A stretch of DNA of 45,080 nt, from the IMG/VR virus record IMGVR_UViG_3300033052_000026, positions 1 through 45,080 of that record. One strand, written 5' to 3'. The notes beneath the pieces are model-generated. The model was given only the letters and a program-made list of their open reading frames with translations, was not told where the DNA came from and ran no database searches. This document shows, in pieces, positions 39,796 to 45,080 of this stretch. The position numbers were made by a program, and so were the translations under genes. The stretch is from a virus. Positions within the stretch are counted from its first letter, which is position 1; each line of letters starts with the position of its first letter.

Positions 39796-39873
39796 TTACC
39801 GGCGCAATGCGCCACGATGCATTTCTGACATGGACTGATTTGGTCTCAGATGTCAAGGGTCGTGGCTCAGACA

Positions 39874-40170
39874 TCAGTTCTGATGCTTTTCCCGGTATCT
39901 GGATAAAACCGCTTCCCCGGTTTCTGTCAGGCGATATCGAGGCGGGATGCTCACGAATATGGTATTATCCTTCTTCGCCTTCTGGCACTCCGCTGCGCTG
40001 CAAAGCCCAGCCTCCCGCGCCTCATCTGGCGTTCGATATTGGAGTTCGATCCAGCCTAAATTATAGGCGCGCCAATACCGGCTTAGGACACGGTTCTGGA
40101 TTGGCTCTCCCTTCTCCAACAGCCCGAGAAAGTCGGCCATCTTCGGTGTAACAGTCGTGGTATGCATCAA
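39874..40170 (-). CDS. Hypothetical protein (98 aa), last early gene before the late control region
   Basis: Clean ORF. Occupies the position of a lambdoid Q-type regulator, but no homology was recognised. Confidence 0.6.
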   Translation of the reverse strand: MMHTTTVTPKMADFLGLLEKGEPIQNRVLSRYWRAYNLGWIELQYRTPDEAREAGLCSAAECQKAKKDNTIFVSIPPRYRLTETGEAVLSRYREKHQN

Positions 40171-40403
40171 TCCTCACCTACTTCTGGAAACAATCGTTGG
40201 CGGCGCTTATCGCAGCAGGCGCCTATGTCACGCTTGCACTGCTCGAGGGCTCTCCTGATGCCCTCGTGATTACCCGCGTAGAAAGCTCGATTGATGGCGG
40301 AAAGCGCCTCTGCAAGGGCATTGAAATGGTCCACAGGGACGATCAAATCGTGCTCGCCGTGTGGCGTCGGGTATGAAAGCGTAGCTTCCTGTTCTGGTGT
40401 CAT
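40167..40403 (-). CDS. Hypothetical protein (78 aa)
   Basis: SD GGTGAGG before ATG 40403. The stop overlaps the next ATG. Confidence 0.5.
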   Translation of the reverse strand: MTPEQEATLSYPTPHGEHDLIVPVDHFNALAEALSAINRAFYAGNHEGIRRALEQCKRDIGACCDKRRQRLFPEVGED

Positions 40404-40410
40404 ATGAACC

Positions 40411-40938
40411 TCACCTAAACGCCCGCCGAAGCGCGGCAATGCATTCCTTGACTTGGGCGAGTTTGCCTTGCGCAGGATGGTCGTGGAACGCCACGTTGTG
40501 GAATTGCATGACGGAGAGCCCGTCGCATTCCTTGAGCGGGACGTACCAGTTCGCATAGGCCTTTCTGACGCGGTTGACATAATCCTGATCCGGCTCGCCC
40601 GATAGCCCCTTGATCGTGGCCACATAGTCCATCGCCTTGGGAAATGGATGCTGCGGGTTGGTGAGCGCCAGGTATCTGGCCACGACCTGGACGTAATCGT
40701 CGCACACCTCTACGTCGATCAGATCCAGTTGGCCGCGGATGTAGAGCCGGCCGATCTCATAGCCGGCCAGCCTGTCGCCCGCCTGCACCAAAGTGAGGCC
40801 GTGCTGGCGCATCCTGGCCTCAATGACCTCGGCCTTGATCTCGGACACGCTTTCACGCTGCGGGCGCCCGCTGGGTTCACGAGCGCCCTGCTTCCTCGTT
40901 CTGCCGCGGCGTTGGGCCTTGGTGCGGGCTTTCGTCAT
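40411..40938 (-). CDS. Hypothetical protein (175 aa) with a basic N-terminus
   Basis: Clean ORF. No family recognised. Confidence 0.65.
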   Translation of the reverse strand: MTKARTKAQRRGRTRKQGAREPSGRPQRESVSEIKAEVIEARMRQHGLTLVQAGDRLAGYEIGRLYIRGQLDLIDVEVCDDYVQVVARYLALTNPQHPFPKAMDYVATIKGLSGEPDQDYVNRVRKAYANWYVPLKECDGLSVMQFHNVAFHDHPAQGKLAQVKECIAALRRAFR

Positions 40939-40965
40939 GCGTTCCTCGTATGCTGGTGGGCGGGG

Positions 40966-41049
40966 TTATAGGCGGCGCGTCAGAACCCACATGTACGCGA
41001 CGGCTGCGAAGGCAACGCCGACTATTGTGAATGCTTCTGGCCAACTCAT
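40966..41049 (-). CDS. 27-aa hydrophobic peptide MSWPEAFTIVGVAFAAVAYMWVLTRRL
   Basis: The ATG overlaps the upstream stop (ATGA). Confidence 0.35.
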   Translation of the reverse strand: MSWPEAFTIVGVAFAAVAYMWVLTRRL

Positions 41050-41339
41050 TCTGACCTCTCTGGAGTTCGGATGGCAGAGGAGGCAGCTTCCCAGCAAATC
41101 GCAGCCGACGCGCGAGCGACGTATTCTGCACTGTCCTCTGCATTGCTAGCGTCAGCCCAGAAGACAGCCGCGGTATTGCTGCATAGCGCTGCGCATCGCT
41201 CCCGTTCGGCCAGGATCGCGCGGGCGACATCTGCCGTCAGGGCTTTGACGACCCCGTTCTTGACGTGGGGATCGCCAAGGCAGGCGTTGTCCATGATGTC
41301 TCGCGCCGTCTGCATGATGTCCTCTGGAATGGGGGTCAT
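41046..41339 (-). CDS. Hypothetical protein (97 aa)
   Basis: Overlap-coupled ORF. Confidence 0.6.
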   Translation of the reverse strand: MTPIPEDIMQTARDIMDNACLGDPHVKNGVVKALTADVARAILAERERCAALCSNTAAVFWADASNAEDSAEYVARASAAICWEAASSAIRTPERSE

Positions 41340-41524
41340 TGGGAGGGTGCTCCTCGACGTTCTTTATAGCCGCCATATCGACCGCACTTGGCGCAGCGCT
41401 GGATATGGTAGCGATACATGAAGTGCCGCGGGCCGAAGCTGATGTCGTAGTGGTCAACTGTGCCACCAGTCGACTTCCACGCGTGCCAGCAGCCATGCAG
41501 CAGAAACTGGAACAGTCGGATCAT
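41336..41524 (-). CDS. Hypothetical 62-aa Cys/His-containing protein
   Basis: The ATG overlaps the upstream stop (ATGA). HGCWH...CAKCG. Confidence 0.5.
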   Translation of the reverse strand: MIRLFQFLLHGCWHAWKSTGGTVDHYDISFGPRHFMYRYHIQRCAKCGRYGGYKERRGAPSQ

Positions 41525-42021
41525 TCCGCTCCTCCATTTTGCTTGAGAGATGTGTTGAGGGCGGCTCGCATCGCCCCGATCTTTTGCACGGCATGCAGGA
41601 CGGTCGTATGATCGCGGCCGAAGATCCTGCCGATCTGTGGCAGGCTGAGGTCCGGGCGAAGCTTGCGGACCTCGTACATCGCGACTTGACGAGCCTCCGC
41701 GATGTCCCTCATGCGGGAGGCTCCGACGATCTCCCGATAGGGGATCCCCATCGCGACAGAGACGCGTTCGATGATCGAGCGAGCGGGATACTTGCCCTCA
41801 TGTGCCTCGTTAACCACGATGATGCGATATGCCTGCGTCGCCTTCATCGCTTGGGCGGCCTTGCGGGACTCCTCCTTCTCCGCAGCCTGGCGGCGCTTCT
41901 CGACTTCGGCCGCGATCTGGGCTGCCCGAGCTTCTTCCCGGCGCCGTTCTCTGACGCGCCTCACGAAATCCGGGTTCAGCTTCGCCCGGTAGTGATGTTC
42001 TGGTGCATGCTCGCTGATCAT
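41521..42021 (-). CDS. DnaA domain IV-like DNA-binding protein (replication module)
   Basis: SRMRDIAEARQVAMYEVRKLRPDLSLPQIGRIFGRDHTTVLHAVQKI. SD AGGAG before ATG 42021. Confidence 0.75.
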   Translation of the reverse strand: MISEHAPEHHYRAKLNPDFVRRVRERRREEARAAQIAAEVEKRRQAAEKEESRKAAQAMKATQAYRIIVVNEAHEGKYPARSIIERVSVAMGIPYREIVGASRMRDIAEARQVAMYEVRKLRPDLSLPQIGRIFGRDHTTVLHAVQKIGAMRAALNTSLKQNGGAE

Positions 42022-42032
42022 GGCGCTCACTC

Positions 42033-42635
42033 CTACGCTGCCTGCGATTGTCTGGACTGCCGCAGCAAGAACGGCGGCGGGTTGCGTTCGATCTCGGCCC
42101 ATGCCCGGTTGCGGGCGACGGACCATTGCCGTTCGGCCTCATCCTCCGGGATGGCGAAAAGCTCGTCGGGGACGGGGATGCCCCATTCGGTCGCCAGAGC
42201 GACCATGGCTCCGAAGCCCTGGCGGTTGGCGCGGTCCAGCTTGTCCATCAGCCCGCGCTCGAATGCGTAGCGCCACATCGGCACCTTGAGCCGCAGCCTG
42301 GCTCTCTCATTGCCGTCGCTCTGCCGGAACGGCGCAATCCGGCGCTCCTCCGGGATGCGGGACGGGACGACAGACGACCGGATAATTCTTGCCAGCTCGG
42401 GCGGCGTCGGAATGTAGCGCGGGCTGACATCCTGGCAGTGGCCCCCCAAGAACTTGCGGATGCCGGCATGGATTGCGTCGACCGTCGAGCCGTTCAGCGC
42501 CTCGATATAGGCCATGGCGACATTCTCGACCTTCGCGGCGCGCTGGAATGGCAGATTGGCGTCGAACAGATGCTGAAGCGCCTCGCTAATTTCCGCGGCT
42601 GAAGCTGGTCTCGATGATGGGGAAGTCTGGCTCAT
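42033..42635 (-). CDS. Hypothetical replication-module protein (200 aa)
   Basis: Clean ORF overlapping the upstream gene end by 50 nt. Confidence 0.65.
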   Translation of the reverse strand: MSQTSPSSRPASAAEISEALQHLFDANLPFQRAAKVENVAMAYIEALNGSTVDAIHAGIRKFLGGHCQDVSPRYIPTPPELARIIRSSVVPSRIPEERRIAPFRQSDGNERARLRLKVPMWRYAFERGLMDKLDRANRQGFGAMVALATEWGIPVPDELFAIPEDEAERQWSVARNRAWAEIERNPPPFLLRQSRQSQAA

Positions 42636-43413
42636 CTCTGGGTCCTTGAGGGCCGGCCCATGTCCCGGCTGCGATTTCTGAGAACACGTCGCTCACGCTG
42701 CGCTCTCGCCTCGGCGGCGCGGTTGCCCGCTGCGCAGCCGTGGGTGCCGGCTCATCATCCCAACCGTCGCGGCTTAGCCAGCCCTGAGCATGCTTGGTGT
42801 AGACTGCGTCCTGCCCAGCCCGTTCCGCCGCATATCGGCGAACGCCTGCCATGATGGTTTCGAAGCTGACGCGGCGCCTGGCTGAGCAGTAGGCTTTGAA
42901 TGCCTGTGGTTTGCCGACCTTGCGAGGGTAGGCAGGCCAGAACTGATCGCTGAATTCGCGCTCGATCTCACGCAGAGAAGATGCGCTAGCATCTTCCTTT
43001 CTGGTATCTGGTATCTGGTTAGCATTGCCCGCGCATTGCGTATGCAGTGCGCTCGCATCCTCGCGTCTTTGATTTTTCTTCTGTTTTTGCCACCGCGTTT
43101 CTGCGGATTTTTGAGCAGATGTAGATTTGTCGCGCCTGATTTCCGTCTCTACTCCAACGCGGTCATTCCAGAGCCCACCATCAACGATGCTGATTTTTCC
43201 TTCATCACACAGGACGGATAGCGTGCTCTTGAGCGCCGCTGTGGTCGTACCGCACAGGCGAGCCAGCCGCCCGGTATCATTCGGGATCGGCTCGCCTCGC
43301 TCGTACATCATGGCAACAAGCGTGATGTATATGCCGGTCTCCGCCGCCGTCATGCCGCGAGTACCGGCAAGCCAGTCAGACGGGAAAAACCTGATCCACG
43401 GTCCCTCGCTCAT
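42586..43413 (-). CDS. DUF1376 (YdaU-like) replication-associated protein
   Basis: WIRFFPSDWLAGTRGMTAAETGIYITLVAMMYERGEPIPND. Confidence 0.75.
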   Translation of the reverse strand: MSEGPWIRFFPSDWLAGTRGMTAAETGIYITLVAMMYERGEPIPNDTGRLARLCGTTTAALKSTLSVLCDEGKISIVDGGLWNDRVGVETEIRRDKSTSAQKSAETRWQKQKKNQRREDASALHTQCAGNANQIPDTRKEDASASSLREIEREFSDQFWPAYPRKVGKPQAFKAYCSARRRVSFETIMAGVRRYAAERAGQDAVYTKHAQGWLSRDGWDDEPAPTAAQRATAPPRRERSVSDVFSEIAAGTWAGPQGPRDEPDFPIIETSFSRGN

Positions 43414-43877
43414 TGGTATGGGAACTCATCTCGCTGCGACAGGTAGGGAAAGCCAGGAATGCCTAGGTGATCGTATGCTGACCAAGTGTCTTCGGTTTCA
43501 TCCGCGCCCAGAAATCGATCGGCAAAAGACTTGAGATTTTCGATCATGACGCCGACCGCATGCTGTGGGTCCATGTCGAACCATTCGCCGCGAACACGCC
43601 AAATATCGAATGTTTCGTGAAACGCCTTTTCCACCATTCGCGCGTGGCTACGTCGCCAAAACCAATACACACCGACAAGGACGATGCGCCCCGGTTCAAC
43701 TGCCTGCACTTGCTTCAGCCGCACTTTGGGGTTCTTCGAAATACCGATCTTGGAAGGCCCAGACAGGTAAAAGTCAGCGTCGATGTGACCCATGATGTAG
43801 ACCGCGTGATCGTCTGGGTCGCGCCGCCATTCATCTGGTTTCTTCGGGTTTGGTGGTCCGCCAAAAAGGTTGCTCAT
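43410..43877 (-). CDS. T5orf172/MUG113 (GIY-YIG-like) domain protein
   Basis: VYIMGH...SKIGISKNPKVRLKQVQ...EKAFHETF...RGEWFDM. The ATG overlaps the RusA stop. Confidence 0.7.
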   Translation of the reverse strand: MSNLFGGPPNPKKPDEWRRDPDDHAVYIMGHIDADFYLSGPSKIGISKNPKVRLKQVQAVEPGRIVLVGVYWFWRRSHARMVEKAFHETFDIWRVRGEWFDMDPQHAVGVMIENLKSFADRFLGADETEDTWSAYDHLGIPGFPYLSQRDEFPYQ

Positions 43878-44245
43878 GCTGCCAGCCCTTCCACGCTGGG
43901 CATGATGATGACGACGCACTCGTCCTTCATGCCGTGGTCCCAAGCCATGGTCAGGCGTTCGAGCAGGTTGTCGTTCTTGATGATCCCGTAGTGCTGGAGA
44001 GCGTCGAGGATCGGCTTGGCCCGGTTGTCGAGATCCTGGCGCCGGTTCGGGCGCTTCAAGGCAATGTACGCGGAGAACGGGATCGAGATCGGCTTTTCGT
44101 TGCGGCCGCGGATGAAATAGCCCGCATCCTCACGCCACTTCGCATAGGCCGGCGACAGATGGCGCTTCTCGCCCCAGCCCTCGTACATGTCCCAGATAGA
44201 GGGCGGGTAAGGCAGGACGATGCGGATGGGGCTGGGCTCGGTCAA
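43874..44245 (-). CDS. rusA: RusA-family Holliday junction resolvase
   Basis: RRQDLDNRAKPILDALQHYGIIKNDN motif. Confidence 0.8.
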   Translation of the reverse strand: MTEPSPIRIVLPYPPSIWDMYEGWGEKRHLSPAYAKWREDAGYFIRGRNEKPISIPFSAYIALKRPNRRQDLDNRAKPILDALQHYGIIKNDNLLERLTMAWDHGMKDECVVIIMPSVEGLAA

Positions 44246-44988
44246 AGCAGCGCCTCCTGCTTGGGCTCAAGGATGCGCGAAGTCTCGATGAACATGTCGG
44301 GTTGCGCGTAGGCCTTGCGGATGCGCTCGCAGGCTATGTCGAAATAGCCCTCATCTATCTCGATGCCGATGAACGACCGCCCTCGCTTGGCGCAGGCAAC
44401 GCCTGTCGTGCCAGAGCCCATGAACGGATCGAGGACAATCCCGTCAGCCAGGAATTGAAGGCACCACTCCATAAGCTCGACCGGCTTCTGGGTGGGGTGA
44501 TGCTTTTCGTATCCTACAACACGGCGGCGATAGAGTTTTGCGGGGCTTTTGAACGATGCCCATGCCTGTTCACACATGGCGAGGCTGAAGTCCTCGGGCT
44601 GAACCTTGTCCCAGACAAGAAAGCACTGGCTCGGGGGGAGGTCGAAGTAATTGCCGCCCCAAATGATCTGCTGGTCCGATACCGATCGGATGAGGTCAAA
44701 CACGCCACTCAAGGGAGCGCTGGCGTCCCAATCCTTTCGGGCGTGCTTTTGCCGCACCGGGTTTGCCGCAATGCCTATGCCGTATGGCGGGTCGGTCAGC
44801 ACCGCCTTGACATCGTACAGCCCGGCCATGACCTCAGCGCAATCGCCCAGATACAGCGTGCAATCGCCGATCCGCTCCATGCGCTTCCACGGGCGCCCTT
44901 CCCAATCGTGGGTATCGCCGCGCTGGCGCTTGGCCTCAATCGCCGCGTCATAGCTCTTGCGGGCGTCGTCGGCAGGGTCGTAGCTCAT
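44242..44988 (-). CDS. Beta-class N6-adenine/N4-cytosine DNA methyltransferase (DPPY type)
   Basis: LTDPPYG (IV) lies N-terminal to DPFMGSGTTG (I); HHPTQKP. The ATG overlaps the sigma-factor stop across the circular junction. Confidence 0.85.
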   Translation of the reverse strand: MSYDPADDARKSYDAAIEAKRQRGDTHDWEGRPWKRMERIGDCTLYLGDCAEVMAGLYDVKAVLTDPPYGIGIAANPVRQKHARKDWDASAPLSGVFDLIRSVSDQQIIWGGNYFDLPPSQCFLVWDKVQPEDFSLAMCEQAWASFKSPAKLYRRRVVGYEKHHPTQKPVELMEWCLQFLADGIVLDPFMGSGTTGVACAKRGRSFIGIEIDEGYFDIACERIRKAYAQPDMFIETSRILEPKQEALL

Positions 44989-45080
44989 GAATAATCCCCC
45001 AACACCCGATGCAGGGTTGCCCTGCCACGGCTTATGCGTGACTTGATGGTGCCGATTGGAACACCGTGCCGAGCGGCCAT
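44842..45080. repeat. Terminal direct repeat, right copy (identical to 1-239)
   Basis: Base-by-base comparison of both window ends. Confidence 0.95.

Larger units (their letters stand above)
1..45080. mobile_element. Complete temperate phage genome, circularly closed assembly (unique length 44,841 bp), podovirus-like virion module
   Basis: Integrase plus attP, CI/Cro switch, replication, terminase-portal-capsid-fibre-lysis modules are all present. The two ends are identical over 239 bp. No tape-measure or tail-tube genes. Confidence 0.85.

Noticed and set aside
39686-39874. 62-aa ORF spanning the early/late intergenic region.
   Set aside because: It would read straight through a strong intrinsic terminator and has no SD at its start. 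Only its last 22 codons, which have their own ATG and SD, are kept as a possible leader peptide.

Overview
The window is one complete, circularly closed temperate phage genome. Its unique length is 44,841 bp, and bases 1-239 recur exactly at 44842-45080. It is high-GC and carries gene families typical of alphaproteobacterial (Rhizobiales-like) phages.

Layout:
(i) A compact immunity switch lies at 2.6-4.9 kb. A Cro-like HTH gene reads leftward and a LexA/S24-type CI-like repressor reads rightward. ATACG-N4-CGTAT operator-like sites occur at two promoter regions. A more AT-rich segment downstream of CI holds a HEPN-motif ORF and a 29-codon hydrophobic peptide ORF.
(ii) A rightward early operon spans 4.87-16.1 kb. 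It encodes an ERF annealase, YqaJ exonuclease, YbcO-like nuclease, two DNA methyltransferases (one frame-disrupted), a Lar-like protein, an Xis-like HTH and a tyrosine integrase. It ends at an attP carrying the 3' half of tRNA-Val(TAC).
(iii) A leftward early operon starts at cro and crosses the circular junction. It encodes a GapR-like protein, an Acb2/Tad1-like hairpin protein, an ECF sigma factor, a third methyltransferase, RusA, T5orf172 and DUF1376 plus DnaA-domain-IV replication proteins. It ends at an intrinsic terminator at 39767-39795.
(iv) A leftward late operon spans 39.64-16.38 kb. It encodes TerS, TerL, portal, scaffold, SU10-type capsid, adaptor/tail proteins, internal virion proteins (one with a lambda-R-like transglycosylase domain), two paralogous tail fibres, a GH108 endolysin, holin-like proteins and spanins. 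No tape-measure or tail-tube genes are present, so the virion is podovirus-like.

Three elements sit on the opposite strand inside the late operon: an HNH homing endonuclease (27.2-27.8 kb), an RHH-associated AT-rich cassette of three exported proteins between the two fibre genes (19.5-20.6 kb), and a possible 2-TM ORF (24.0 kb).

No rRNA, complete tRNA, CRISPR array or transposase was seen. Gene starts were chosen from the pervasive ATGA/TGATG start-stop overlaps and Shine-Dalgarno motifs. Family names come from recalled motifs, not from database searches.
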